26,264 bases of DNA from positions 1 to 26,264 of the IMG/VR virus record IMGVR_UViG_3300032320_000688. One strand, written 5' to 3'. The stretch is from a virus (taxonomy: Duplodnaviria > Caudoviricetes). This document shows, piece by piece, positions 6,564-17,323 of the stretch; within the stretch, counting starts at the first letter, position 1; every line of letters begins with the position of its first letter. The notes beneath the pieces were generated by a model. That model had not been told where the DNA came from and did not search any database. It saw nothing but the letters and a program-made list of their open reading frames with translations. Both the position numbers and the translations under genes were made by a program.

Positions 6564-8834
6564 ATGGCTGGATTAACTGAAGCACAAATAAAATTAGAAC
6601 AAGAAAGATTACAACTTATTCAAGATCAGAATACTGCGGCTAAAGATTTAGCTTCTACGTATGAGAAGATGAGAAAATCATCTATTGGATTAAACTCTGA
6701 TGAAAAAGAATCGTTAGATATTTCTAAACAAATAGCTAAACAATCAGATTTAATAGCAAGTTCTATCAATAAACGTGTTTCAGGAACATCTACTATTAAA
6801 GAATTAGAAAAAACATTAAATCAATTAAAATTTAATGCAATAGATGCAGAGAAAAATTTACAAAAACTATTAATCTCTAAACAAAATGCCTTAGCTAAAA
6901 TAGATATATTTGCTAAAAGAGAAAATGTTTATAAAAATAAATTAAACCAAGAATTAGATCGTCAACAAGCTATTCAAGATAGAATAGAAGAGATAAAAAG
7001 ATCTGCCGGTGGTATAGATCAAAAAGCTTTAGCTAAAGCTAGAGAAGAATTAAAAAGTAGTAAAGGAGCATTAGATAATTTAGAAAAATCCTTAAGAAAA
7101 ACTACACAAATAAAAGATGAACAGAAAAATATATTTAAACAGTTAGAAGAAACAATAAAAGCTAATGAAATAACAGCAGAACAACAACAAAAAGAACAAA
7201 ATCTATTAAAACAAGCTATAGTAGAAAAGAAAAAAGAAAGTGTTTTAAATGAAATAAAAAAACGACTTAGAATAGATGAAATAAAAGAAATGTTTACTTT
7301 AGCAGGTATTCTAAAAATAATAATAGATGCTGCTTTACGTCTTAATGCTACTTCAGTAGAAATAGGTAAAAATATAGGGTATGGGGCTAATCAAGCTGAT
7401 AGAGTAGCTCAAAACTTAACTCAAATAGCTAACAATTCTAATGACTTAAATGTTACTCTTAAAGTTTTAGGAGCAGCAATGTCTGAATTAAATGACGCTA
7501 CGGGAGGTGTTGCTGAATATTCTGCTGATGTATTAAAAACGCAAGTAATGTTAACTAAGCAATTTGAGTTAACAGGTGAAGAGGCAGCAGGTATATATAA
7601 ATTCTCTGTACTAACTGGTAAAGCATCATCACAAGTAAATGATGAAATGGTTGCTGCATTTGCTAATACAAGAAACGCAGTAAAAGGCTCAGCTAATTTT
7701 AAAAAGACAATGGCTGAAGCTGCTAAAGTATCTGGTGAATTATCACTTAGTTTAAAAAATAACCCGGCCTATATAACAGCAGCTATTGTTAAGGCACAAG
7801 CATTAGGTACTACACTTGAACAAACTAAAAATCAAGGATCACAATTATTAGATTTTGAATCATCTATATCTAATGAACTTGAAGCTGAATTAATGACGGG
7901 TCAACAACTAAATCTTGAAAAAGCAAGAATGTATGCTTTAACAGGAGATATGGTTGGATTATCACAAGAATTAGCTAATCAAGGTATGACACTTAATAAG
8001 TTTGAAAATATGAACGTATTAGCTCGTGAATCATATTCTAAAGCATTAGGACTAAATTCAGACCAATTAGCTGATCAACTTAGAAAACAAAAAATAGCAC
8101 AAGAACAAGGTAAATCATTAGCAGAGATTACTAAAGAGGAAGCATTAGAGGCAGAAAAACGTCAGAATGTGCAAGATAGATTTAATGCTGCTATAGAAAA
8201 ACTACAAGATTTCATTGGTAATTTAGTAGCAGGCCCCTTAGGTAGTATGTTAGATATATTATCCCAATCATTAGATATAGTAAATTTAATTGTTATGCCT
8301 TTCCAAGCATTGTATAATCTTACCTCTATGATAGGACAAGCTATATTTGGATGGGTAGATAAACTAGGAGTTGTGGGAAAAATATTAAAGGGAATAGCGG
8401 GAATAGCTATATTATACGCAGCATACTCAGCATATGGTGCTTTAGCAGGCATACCTATAGTAGGTCCTATATTGGGTGGTATAGCAGCTGCCGCTATCAC
8501 AGCAGCGGGATTTGGGTTATTAAATACTCAAAAAGCAGGTGATATGATTAGCCCAGCTGATGGTAAAACACAAGTATCAACTAAAGAAGGTGGATTATTC
8601 GAATTAAGTCCAAATGACGATCTATTAGCGGGACCTGGTTTAGCTAAAGGAGGAGGAGGTAATAAAGGTGAATCAATACAATCAAATGTATCTATTGATC
8701 TAACACCAATGGTTAACGCTATTAATGCTGTAAAAACCGCTATTGATAAACTATATGCTAAAGAAGGTGTTGTAAATATAGATGGTAAAAAAGTAGGTAC
8801 ATTATTAACACAAGGAACATATAAGACAGCGTAA
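6564..8834 (+). CDS. Tape measure protein
   Basis: 756 aa: long coiled-coil/Ala-rich helical region, then a Gly/Ala/Ile hydrophobic segment (GALAGIPIVGPILGGIAAAA) and terminal IDGKKVG; canonical position after the chaperone. Confidence 0.9.
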   Translation: MAGLTEAQIKLEQERLQLIQDQNTAAKDLASTYEKMRKSSIGLNSDEKESLDISKQIAKQSDLIASSINKRVSGTSTIKELEKTLNQLKFNAIDAEKNLQKLLISKQNALAKIDIFAKRENVYKNKLNQELDRQQAIQDRIEEIKRSAGGIDQKALAKAREELKSSKGALDNLEKSLRKTTQIKDEQKNIFKQLEETIKANEITAEQQQKEQNLLKQAIVEKKKESVLNEIKKRLRIDEIKEMFTLAGILKIIIDAALRLNATSVEIGKNIGYGANQADRVAQNLTQIANNSNDLNVTLKVLGAAMSELNDATGGVAEYSADVLKTQVMLTKQFELTGEEAAGIYKFSVLTGKASSQVNDEMVAAFANTRNAVKGSANFKKTMAEAAKVSGELSLSLKNNPAYITAAIVKAQALGTTLEQTKNQGSQLLDFESSISNELEAELMTGQQLNLEKARMYALTGDMVGLSQELANQGMTLNKFENMNVLARESYSKALGLNSDQLADQLRKQKIAQEQGKSLAEITKEEALEAEKRQNVQDRFNAAIEKLQDFIGNLVAGPLGSMLDILSQSLDIVNLIVMPFQALYNLTSMIGQAIFGWVDKLGVVGKILKGIAGIAILYAAYSAYGALAGIPIVGPILGGIAAAAITAAGFGLLNTQKAGDMISPADGKTQVSTKEGGLFELSPNDDLLAGPGLAKGGGGNKGESIQSNVSIDLTPMVNAINAVKTAIDKLYAKEGVVNIDGKKVGTLLTQGTYKTA

Positions 8835-8840
8835 AATATT

Positions 8841-8850
8841 AATATTTATA
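8841..8850 (+). promoter_or_regulatory. AATATTTATA promoter-like motif
   Basis: In the spacer before the ATG at 8874. Confidence 0.55.
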
Positions 8851-8873
8851 CGAAACATTAAAACAATAAAAAT

Positions 8874-9236
8874 ATGTCATCATTATTAAATTTATTAAAT
8901 TCAGGTACTGGTAATCTTAGTTTAGTGAGTAATAACATTAACGCTCAACCTAACTCACCAGCATGGGGTTATGTAGATGCAACCAACAATTTAGATCCAG
9001 CATCAAGTAAATTACAAAATACATACGATGTTAATGGTATTCCTAATGTAAAATTAGTAGACTTTAACCACAATGGGGTAACTAGTGTTAAAGGTCAATC
9101 GACATTAGATGAATTAGATGCTAATGCTCCTAAAAACACACAAGCGGGTGGAGCTGGATCTGTAGTATCTCAAATCTACAAATCAACACCTACTCAACAA
9201 TACAAACAAAAAGGACCACAGCCGGGGAGGTACTAA
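8874..9236 (+). CDS. Hypothetical protein in tail module
   Basis: 120-aa Asn/Ser/Gln-rich ORF with A-rich leader. Confidence 0.8.
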   Translation: MSSLLNLLNSGTGNLSLVSNNINAQPNSPAWGYVDATNNLDPASSKLQNTYDVNGIPNVKLVDFNHNGVTSVKGQSTLDELDANAPKNTQAGGAGSVVSQIYKSTPTQQYKQKGPQPGRY

Positions 9237-9246
9237 TACTAAATAA

Positions 9247-11673
9247 ATGCCAGGATTACTTACTTTAACAACTGATTTAAAAAGTTTAAAGTATGGGGCT
9301 GATAGACCAGGTGGTGGTTCATCAGAACAACCATACATTGTAAACGATATAAATAACCCAACGAATGTTTTAGGGTTTGATGATGGCTTAGTTAGAGGTG
9401 GTGCTGTAGGTGCCGCTCAATCCGGAGCAACAGATACAATTCGTATTGGTAAATTCTTTCTAAATAATCCTCTGTTTATAGTTAAACAAGTAGGATTACA
9501 GTTTTCTAATCCACGTTTAGAAGTTCCTAAAGATCCCGCTAATATATTAATGGGAGGACTTGATAATATTTTAGCTGTAGGAACAAATGGCTTTCTTGAA
9601 CCAACACGTACATATAATTTAGGTGTAAATACAATAGCACAAGTACCAGTTAATGCATTTGGAGCTCATTTTAATAGACATGGTTTACTACCGGTTCAAA
9701 CAGAAGCTAGTAAATATGAAGCTGTAGCAACAGCAAATAATGAAAGTCATAATAGATTAGTAAAATTAACTACTAAATTTAGTTTAGGTACTAATACAGC
9801 ATCCAATGTAAAACCTAAATCTAATTTATTAGGTGGGTTGATAGGATTACTAAATAGTGTTACTGGACTTAATATACCAAATGTATTTCAAAATAAGGAA
9901 CTTATTATTGATCAATATTTAGGAGGACCAGGTTCGGCTTATGGTATTGGTGGAACTATAATTAACAGAACGTCTTTTACTGACACATCAGGTTATAAAA
10001 ATTCAAATGGTAGTGGTAAATCATTTATAACTAAGGATTTTATTAAACCAAGTGATAACTTAGATTTTGGAAATCCTAATTTTACAAATTATATATCTGC
10101 AAGAACAACATCTATATTTGCTAATCCTAACTATAATTGGAACGGAATTAGTTTAGATGTTGATGAGAATTTAAGAGCAACTTTAAGCGACTATATTCCA
10201 AACGACTATACATACCGTCGTAATTTTAAATATGGTATAGCTCCTAATTCACAAGGAAATAATGTAGAAAATAAACATGATACTGCTGATGGATTTTATT
10301 CTATAACAGCCGGAGTAGCTGCTATAAATAGTAGTAGTATAGATGACGAATTATTATATTTTAATAATCTAAATTTACCTAATAACGTTTATGGTCAAGA
10401 TACAACATATGCAGAAGTTTATAATATAAATGAGGATAATAAATCTTATAACCCATCAAAAGATCCATCTCTTGTACATATACCACCAGTAATAGATTAT
10501 ATAAGACAATTAGGTGTATCAAATGATTATTTTAACAGTGGTTCATTTCCAACTCAGTCTAATCAAACATATAATAGTATTACTAATACCGGAACAGTTA
10601 TTGGTACTCCTTTTTCTGCCGTACAATATCCGATAAATGTTATTACCCCTGCAGGTAAGTACTCAGAACTACAAAAACAAATTAATAAACAACAACAATT
10701 AAAAAATCCAAGTAATAAAAAGCAAATTAGTGGTAGTGTTGTATATGTTAACCAATTTGGAATTTATAACAGTATAAGAGACAAAAATGGAGTTATAGAT
10801 AATAGTAATGGATCATATTCAACTACAGATGTTGGAAAAATAGCATATAGTAATGGCATAGATAAACCAATTACTTTATATTACAGTAGCTGGGGTACCG
10901 TTTCTCGTGAGCAAAGAGTTGGAAGTGGAAGAAAAGATTCAATAAATTTAACTCCTTTGTTTGATGCTAAAAAAATAGGAAACGGAACCGATACAGTTAC
11001 TATAGATGGTACAAAACATAATATAAGAGATTTAGTTAAATTTAGAATACAAGCGGTTAATACTGATGGACCTGACCAAAGAGCATCATGGATGATATTT
11101 AGAGCATATATAACTGATTTGTTAGATGATGTTAATGCAGATTGGACTGATATAAAATATGCAGGTAGAGGTGATAAATTTTATATATATAATGGTTTTA
11201 CTAGAAAAATGAGTGTGTCTTTTAAAGTAGCGGCATTATCTAGAGATGAAATGAAACCAATGTATCAAAAATTAAATTACTTGATGAGTAATTTAATGCC
11301 CGATTATGGTCCGAATGGAGGAATAGTAATGCGTGGTCCTTTAATGAGAATGACTATAGGTAATTGGATTGATGGACAATTATGTGTATTGAATAGTATA
11401 AATTATAAAATACCTAGTGATTCTCCATGGGAAATAGCATTAGATGAACCTGAAGGAGGTAGTGGCAATAAAATGTTAATTTTACCTCATATTGTTGAAG
11501 TAAGTCTATCATTTACGCCTATTGGTTCACAAACAAGAGCTGAAAATAAATTATCACAAAAATCAGCTATAATTTCAAATATAGCTCAAAACTGGAATGG
11601 TGGTAATAATAATGAACCTGAATTTATTTATCCTAATATAAATGATGTATTAAAAGACGGAGAATTTACATAA
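9247..11673 (+). CDS. Putative baseplate/tail-tube initiator-like structural protein
   Basis: 808 aa; the C-terminal domain (FRAYIT...W....YAGRG..FY.Y.GF.R..S.SF, GPLMR.TIG, W......LPH...V...F) resembles tube-related baseplate proteins; Asn-rich variable middle. Confidence 0.7.
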   Translation: MPGLLTLTTDLKSLKYGADRPGGGSSEQPYIVNDINNPTNVLGFDDGLVRGGAVGAAQSGATDTIRIGKFFLNNPLFIVKQVGLQFSNPRLEVPKDPANILMGGLDNILAVGTNGFLEPTRTYNLGVNTIAQVPVNAFGAHFNRHGLLPVQTEASKYEAVATANNESHNRLVKLTTKFSLGTNTASNVKPKSNLLGGLIGLLNSVTGLNIPNVFQNKELIIDQYLGGPGSAYGIGGTIINRTSFTDTSGYKNSNGSGKSFITKDFIKPSDNLDFGNPNFTNYISARTTSIFANPNYNWNGISLDVDENLRATLSDYIPNDYTYRRNFKYGIAPNSQGNNVENKHDTADGFYSITAGVAAINSSSIDDELLYFNNLNLPNNVYGQDTTYAEVYNINEDNKSYNPSKDPSLVHIPPVIDYIRQLGVSNDYFNSGSFPTQSNQTYNSITNTGTVIGTPFSAVQYPINVITPAGKYSELQKQINKQQQLKNPSNKKQISGSVVYVNQFGIYNSIRDKNGVIDNSNGSYSTTDVGKIAYSNGIDKPITLYYSSWGTVSREQRVGSGRKDSINLTPLFDAKKIGNGTDTVTIDGTKHNIRDLVKFRIQAVNTDGPDQRASWMIFRAYITDLLDDVNADWTDIKYAGRGDKFYIYNGFTRKMSVSFKVAALSRDEMKPMYQKLNYLMSNLMPDYGPNGGIVMRGPLMRMTIGNWIDGQLCVLNSINYKIPSDSPWEIALDEPEGGSGNKMLILPHIVEVSLSFTPIGSQTRAENKLSQKSAIISNIAQNWNGGNNNEPEFIYPNINDVLKDGEFT

Positions 11674-11972
11674 TGACACGATACGATAACGCAACAATAC
11701 TAAAAACACCAGATAATAAACCATATTATGCTGGTAAATTATATCCTAATGTACCATTAGATAGTACTGATGTATATGTTATAACAACTGTAGGAGATAG
11801 GCTTGATTACCTAGCCTATACTTATTATAATGATAGCGGATTATATTGGATTATATCTGTTGCAAATAATAATGTAACTAAAGGTTCATTATTTCCAATA
11901 CCAGGTACTCAATTAAGAATACCACAAAATATAAGTAGTATTATAAAACAATTCAATCAACTTAATAGTTAA
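11673..11972 (+). CDS. LysM-like baseplate wedge protein (gp53/gpX-like)
   Basis: GDRLDYLAYTYYNDSGLYWIISVANN...GTQLRIP motif; TAATG overlaps on both sides imply translational coupling. Confidence 0.88.
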   Translation: MTRYDNATILKTPDNKPYYAGKLYPNVPLDSTDVYVITTVGDRLDYLAYTYYNDSGLYWIISVANNNVTKGSLFPIPGTQLRIPQNISSIIKQFNQLNS

Positions 11973-14900
11973 TGAGCATATTTAAAGAGTCATTTAAAGA
12001 AGGCGTTAAAACACAGATAGAAAAGCGTCAAAATGTAATAAATGATCGTACACCAAAAAATTTACAATATATAAATTCACGTAATGCATGGATTCGTATG
12101 TCTTCTGCTGTAAATATATATAACGGTCCTTCACATGATGATAATACTGACGATGAAAATGAAAGAGCAGCAGCATTAAAAGATTATAAAGACCCAAGTA
12201 AGTATTCAAATTCTTTAGCTAAACAATATATTCTCCAAGGTGGTACATTATCACCAAATGGTACTTTAAAAGCAGGATTAGGAACATTTGACAAAAATGC
12301 TTATAGTAATACAGCAGCAGATGGCTCATCATATCGTTTAGGTATTAGACCAATGCCTGGTATCACAAGTGTAGATGTTAAATCTAGAGGAGCATATGGT
12401 TCATTACAAGATGTAACTGTACATTTTCAATGTTGGGATATAAAACAATTAGAAGATTTAGAACTACTATATATGCGCCCTGGTTATACTGTTCTTGTAG
12501 AATGGGGATGGGCTCCTTACATAAACAATAAGGGAGAATATCAACCAAATTTTAATGATTTTTATGATATAATTGATAATCCAAAACCCAAAGAAACAAT
12601 ATGGAAAGACTTAGATAAAAGATCAACAGAAACATATTCAGGTAATGTAGAATCAATGTTTGGTTATGTTAAAAATTATAGTTGGAATGCTAGAATGGAT
12701 GGCGGATATGATTGTCAAGTAACTATAATAACGTTAGGAGAAATATTAGAATCACTCAAAGTAAATTATCTCCCAGCACAAGTATTAAGTACAGTAACAT
12801 CTATAGGTTTATTAGCACCTAATATTACTTCATATACTTTAGGTTCAGGTTCAAAGTCAGGAGAAAAAAATAATGTAAAATGGGAAATAAGTAAAATGAA
12901 CTTGTCAGGTTCATATTCTCAAAACATATTAGCAGGTATATTTGAAGAGCTATGGGATATGGGACAACAAGCCTCTTCAGATGCAACAAATGACGGACAA
13001 CAGATAATATTACATAATACTTCTAAGCATAAAGATTATGCTATGTTTCATAAAACAATAAACATAGGAACTAATGAAAATGGTAATGTAACTAAAACAG
13101 ATGAACAAATATATATATCTTTAGAATCACTTACTGACATATTGAATGATTATGTGTTATTAAGTGATAAAAATTCATATACTACTGCTTCATCTCCTCT
13201 AGCAGGTATATCAACTAAAGATAAAGATGGTAATTCATTATTATGTTTAGCACATCCTTTACAAGTATCAATGGATCCGTCAGTATGTTTAATTCAAAAC
13301 AATTTATGGGCAGACGGATTAAAATTTACAGCAGAAACAATACCAAATAATATTAACCCCGCTAATGGCAATACTGTAGTTAGTTACAGTAATACAGACT
13401 ATGCAGATTTATTTAATTTTATTGTAGATCCTAAAGGAGGAAATGCTGATACATTTAATTCAACAAAAACAACTGAAATAATAAATAAAATAGTTGCTCT
13501 TACTGGAAGAAAAACAAATGAATTTAGAGAATTACAAAGACAATTTTTAGCAGTAAAAGCAGGTAATAATACTCCAAAACCTAGTGGGGCAGTTGTTAAT
13601 CAAGCTTTTATTAATTATGCTAAAAAATATAGTAATTTCTATGATTTATTAAAAAAATCTTTTAGTGAGCAATCTCGTAATAAAATTATTGTAAAAGAAT
13701 CAGGTATTAACTTCACACCAGAAGAAGATTCTTTAGAGAAAATAAATCGGGCTGCTCTTACCTCAGTCCCTACAGAATCCCAAAAACAAGAGATACAACA
13801 AAGAAATAATGATCTAAATGCTGTTCAAAATAAAGGAGTAGGAAATCTTAAATTTCTTAACAATATTGGTGCGAATTATTTTTATAATGGTGATTGGAAG
13901 ACTGAATTAGGTGTTATAGGTAATATATTTTTAAATGTAACTATGTTATATAACTTATCTGTAGATAAGAGTTTAGCAGCACAAGATTCTAAAGAAAAAA
14001 GTGAAATTGCCTTATATGATTTTATAAAAAATGTATTAAGTAGAGTAAATGAATCTATAGGTAGTGTTAATAATTTTGAAATGTTTATTGATCCTAAAGA
14101 TTCTACAGGTAGAATAATTGATATTAATTATGTAGATACTAAAACACAAACAGATGCTTATAAAAATGCTTTTATATTACAAGTACATAACCTTAACTCA
14201 GTAGTTCGCTCATATAAATTTGAATCAAAAATATTCCCAAATCAATCGTCTCAAGTTGCTATTGGAGCACAAGTAGGAGGAGGTGCTTTAGGAGTTGATG
14301 CTAGTTCATTGATAGCGTTTAATAAAAGAATAATAGATAGAATAATTCCTATTAAAGATGCTCCTACAGCACCTGAAAATGAACCAGATGATGCAACAAA
14401 ATTTGCAAATTTATTTCCTCTTATAAAAACAATATATACCTATTTTAACAAATTAGAATCAGGCTGGTTTAGCGATTCAGGTTTTGATTTAGAAGCAGCA
14501 GGTAGTTATAAAACAGCATTAAGAGATCTTATTGCTTTCTTTGTAGCTATTACTAAATCTAAAATTAAAAATAGAGCAATATTACCAACAGTATTATCTG
14601 TTGAAATGGACGGGATTGGAGGTGTTATTATAGGTAACATATTTAGAATCCCAGACGAAGTAATACCAAAAGGATATAAAGGAGGATATGGTGGATACGG
14701 TGCTAAATTAGGACATATTGTAACAGGTTTAGGTCACTCTTTACAAAATGGAGATTGGGTAACTAAAATAGATGCTCAAACAATTATATTAGATGAACCT
14801 ACTGGAATTCCATTTGATGTTAATATAGATATAAATAATGCTACGGCAACACCTACAGTTAAAGTAAGTGTAGATATTAAAGGAAATGTAAAACCAGCTA

Positions 14901-15451
14901 GTAGTACAGGTGGTGCTACTAAAATAATTAATGGTAAAGTTAGAAATAATGGTCAAGTAGACGATATATTAGTTCCAATGAGAGCTGATCTTTACGCCAG
15001 ACACTACAGCTCAGTAAACCAAAGCGATGGTAAAAAAATTCGTTTACAAGCAGAAGTTATGAATAATTTACAAAATCTTCTTATAGATGCGTGGAATGCT
15101 GGTATTTATCTTAAAGTAAATTCTGCTTATAGAACAAAAAACGATCAAGATAGAGTATGGAGCGATAATTGTTTAAATGTCCCTGGTTCAGGAAAATGTA
15201 TGTCTAGACCAGGTAAAAATCCAGCAGCAGTTCCCGGAACATCAAATCACGGGTTTGGAGCAGCCGTTGATTTAGCAAATAAAGATGGAACTAGAATTAA
15301 TATAAATGGATTATCTGGAGGTAGATCAGTTCCTAAAACACTTAAAGAATGGAATTGGTTACAAGCAAATAAACATAAGTATAATTTTGATAACAATACA
15401 CCTGGCCTAAGTACAACATCAGAATCACATCATTTTAATTATACAGGATAA
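11972..15451 (+). CDS. Baseplate hub-like protein with C-terminal M15 (VanY-like) Zn peptidase
   Basis: 1159 aa. N-terminal RPMPGITS...RPGY.V..EWGW hub-like region; C-terminal SAYRT..DQ, PGTSNHGFGAAVD (SxHxxGxAxD) and ESHH motifs of peptidase M15. Confidence 0.85.
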   Translation: MSIFKESFKEGVKTQIEKRQNVINDRTPKNLQYINSRNAWIRMSSAVNIYNGPSHDDNTDDENERAAALKDYKDPSKYSNSLAKQYILQGGTLSPNGTLKAGLGTFDKNAYSNTAADGSSYRLGIRPMPGITSVDVKSRGAYGSLQDVTVHFQCWDIKQLEDLELLYMRPGYTVLVEWGWAPYINNKGEYQPNFNDFYDIIDNPKPKETIWKDLDKRSTETYSGNVESMFGYVKNYSWNARMDGGYDCQVTIITLGEILESLKVNYLPAQVLSTVTSIGLLAPNITSYTLGSGSKSGEKNNVKWEISKMNLSGSYSQNILAGIFEELWDMGQQASSDATNDGQQIILHNTSKHKDYAMFHKTINIGTNENGNVTKTDEQIYISLESLTDILNDYVLLSDKNSYTTASSPLAGISTKDKDGNSLLCLAHPLQVSMDPSVCLIQNNLWADGLKFTAETIPNNINPANGNTVVSYSNTDYADLFNFIVDPKGGNADTFNSTKTTEIINKIVALTGRKTNEFRELQRQFLAVKAGNNTPKPSGAVVNQAFINYAKKYSNFYDLLKKSFSEQSRNKIIVKESGINFTPEEDSLEKINRAALTSVPTESQKQEIQQRNNDLNAVQNKGVGNLKFLNNIGANYFYNGDWKTELGVIGNIFLNVTMLYNLSVDKSLAAQDSKEKSEIALYDFIKNVLSRVNESIGSVNNFEMFIDPKDSTGRIIDINYVDTKTQTDAYKNAFILQVHNLNSVVRSYKFESKIFPNQSSQVAIGAQVGGGALGVDASSLIAFNKRIIDRIIPIKDAPTAPENEPDDATKFANLFPLIKTIYTYFNKLESGWFSDSGFDLEAAGSYKTALRDLIAFFVAITKSKIKNRAILPTVLSVEMDGIGGVIIGNIFRIPDEVIPKGYKGGYGGYGAKLGHIVTGLGHSLQNGDWVTKIDAQTIILDEPTGIPFDVNIDINNATATPTVKVSVDIKGNVKPASSTGGATKIINGKVRNNGQVDDILVPMRADLYARHYSSVNQSDGKKIRLQAEVMNNLQNLLIDAWNAGIYLKVNSAYRTKNDQDRVWSDNCLNVPGSGKCMSRPGKNPAAVPGTSNHGFGAAVDLANKDGTRININGLSGGRSVPKTLKEWNWLQANKHKYNFDNNTPGLSTTSESHHFNYTG

Positions 15452-15453
15452 AT

Positions 15454-15981
15454 ATGGGAGTAAGAATACCACAAAATCAAATAGTAGAAAGTAAATATAC
15501 TATAGGCAATGAATATATGTTTGAAAGTACTTATAAAGAGTATCAAGGATATTATTATGAGTTAAATGGAAATCTATTTGCTGGAAAAGAATTTAGTACA
15601 AACGCTCCTATTTTAATTAAAATTGTTTCAAGCAATACTAATAGAATGTTAATGAATCCTGATACTTATGTTTATGCAAAGATATCAGGAGCTAAATTAA
15701 ACAATACTATAGTTTTGTCTCATATAGATCAAGGAACTTCAAATATTCGATATTTTTCATATCAAATAACTACAAAATTAATTAAAGAAATAAATGTTGA
15801 TACTTATAATAGTTTAAAATCAAATCCTATATATAAAACAGTAGCATTACCTTGCGATAATAACGGAGGATTCAATGATACTGATTTACAATATGCTGAA
15901 AAAATTATACCTGGTATCACAACGTTTATTAATACATCTTACATTAATCCTCCTATAGAAGATGATGGTAGTATAGGCTAA
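15454..15981 (+). CDS. Hypothetical protein at end of tail module
   Basis: 175-aa ORF 2 nt after the hub stop; YT.GNEY..Y.GYY motif. Confidence 0.8.
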   Translation: MGVRIPQNQIVESKYTIGNEYMFESTYKEYQGYYYELNGNLFAGKEFSTNAPILIKIVSSNTNRMLMNPDTYVYAKISGAKLNNTIVLSHIDQGTSNIRYFSYQITTKLIKEINVDTYNSLKSNPIYKTVALPCDNNGGFNDTDLQYAEKIIPGITTFINTSYINPPIEDDGSIG

Positions 15982-15991
15982 ACTCTCTTAT

Positions 15992-16000
15992 TATATTCAA
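15992..16000 (+). promoter_or_regulatory. TATATTCAA promoter-like motif upstream of polymerase
   Basis: Same variant as the site at 18059; no TTGG at the 19-nt spacing here. Confidence 0.45.
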
Positions 16001-16021
16001 GCAAACAAAAAGTTATGAAGT

Positions 16022-17314
16022 ATGTTCTATATTCTAGAAAAACAAGACCAACTGGATAAGTTGGGTCCTTTTAACGATTGTTATATTGAATTTATCCAAT
16101 ATAATGATAACTACCATCCAAAGTTATGTGATTTAAGTTTAATATACATTCGAGACTTGGCCGAACATAAAGGTTATATGTTATGTTTAGACCACAATGA
16201 ATCTTTTCAACTACATTGGGATAACGTAGAAGCGTGGTTATTAGACAACACACATAAGTTATTTGTGTTAAATAAGAAACAAGCACTGTATCATTTCCCT
16301 CATGAAGATAAATTATTTGATATAAATTTCATCAAAATAATAAAATTTTCTACCGAATTACCTGTAATCAAACATTACTATAGAAGCAACTATCCAGCCG
16401 TAAATAAACTAATTCCTATTAGTAAACATTACGAAAAATGCGAACTAACGTTCTCCAGCATACTACCCACAATTCGTGAGTTTCGAGCAGATGACGCCGT
16501 TTATGCGTTTAATAACGGGCCTTTAACGCGCGTTTTCCAACAAATTGAATCAACAGGTATTAAGATTGATAAACAATGTTTTATAGATTGCTATGGTGAG
16601 GATTTACAACATCCTGAATACAGTATTTCTAAAGGTAGAATATATAGTCATTATAATCTACATACTACTACTGGTAGACCATCAAACTCATACAACAGTA
16701 TTAATTTTGCAGCATTAAATAAAACAAACGGAGAGCGTTTATGTTATAGACCGCTAAATGATATGTTTATTGAATTTGATATACAAGGTTATCACCCACG
16801 ATTAATAGGTGAATTAGTTGATTTTCACTTTCCTAAAGAAGTATCAACATATGAATATTTAGGTGAATTATTAGGTGTAGATGCTCAAGCAGCTAAAGAA
16901 TTAACATTTAAACAGTTGTATGGTGGTGTTTGGAAAGAATATAAAGACAAACCATTCTTTGAAGATGTTGTTAGTTATGTAAATAATACTTGGGAAGAAT
17001 TTAACAAATCATCACAAATAATATGCAAAAATAAAATATTCACACCTGATAATACAGAGGATATAAATTCATATAAATTATTTAACTACATAATTCAGAG
17101 TTACGAAACATCAACTAATGTTATTATATTAGAACGTATATTAGATTACTTAAAAAATAAACAAACAAAACTGGTATTATATGTTTATGATAGTATACTT
17201 TTAGATTTTGCTAAGACTGATGGAAAAGAAACATTATTAACAATACAAAGTATGATTAATTATCCTGTAAATATTAAACAAGGTAAAACATATCATGGTT
17301 TAGAAAAACTATAA
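16022..17314 (+). CDS. polA: Divergent, short family-A DNA polymerase-like protein
   Basis: E.TGIKID, TTGRPS, motif A FDIQGYHPRL, motif B KELTFKQLYG, NYIIQS and motif C YVYDSI; only 430 aa. Confidence 0.85.
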   Translation: MFYILEKQDQLDKLGPFNDCYIEFIQYNDNYHPKLCDLSLIYIRDLAEHKGYMLCLDHNESFQLHWDNVEAWLLDNTHKLFVLNKKQALYHFPHEDKLFDINFIKIIKFSTELPVIKHYYRSNYPAVNKLIPISKHYEKCELTFSSILPTIREFRADDAVYAFNNGPLTRVFQQIESTGIKIDKQCFIDCYGEDLQHPEYSISKGRIYSHYNLHTTTGRPSNSYNSINFAALNKTNGERLCYRPLNDMFIEFDIQGYHPRLIGELVDFHFPKEVSTYEYLGELLGVDAQAAKELTFKQLYGGVWKEYKDKPFFEDVVSYVNNTWEEFNKSSQIICKNKIFTPDNTEDINSYKLFNYIIQSYETSTNVIILERILDYLKNKQTKLVLYVYDSILLDFAKTDGKETLLTIQSMINYPVNIKQGKTYHGLEKL

Positions 17315-17323
17315 ATATTTATA

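Noticed and set aside
1708-15981. Bacterial contractile injection system or tailocin rather than phage
   Set aside because: The tail genes are contiguous with phage-type replication genes and homing endonucleases under shared promoter motifs.
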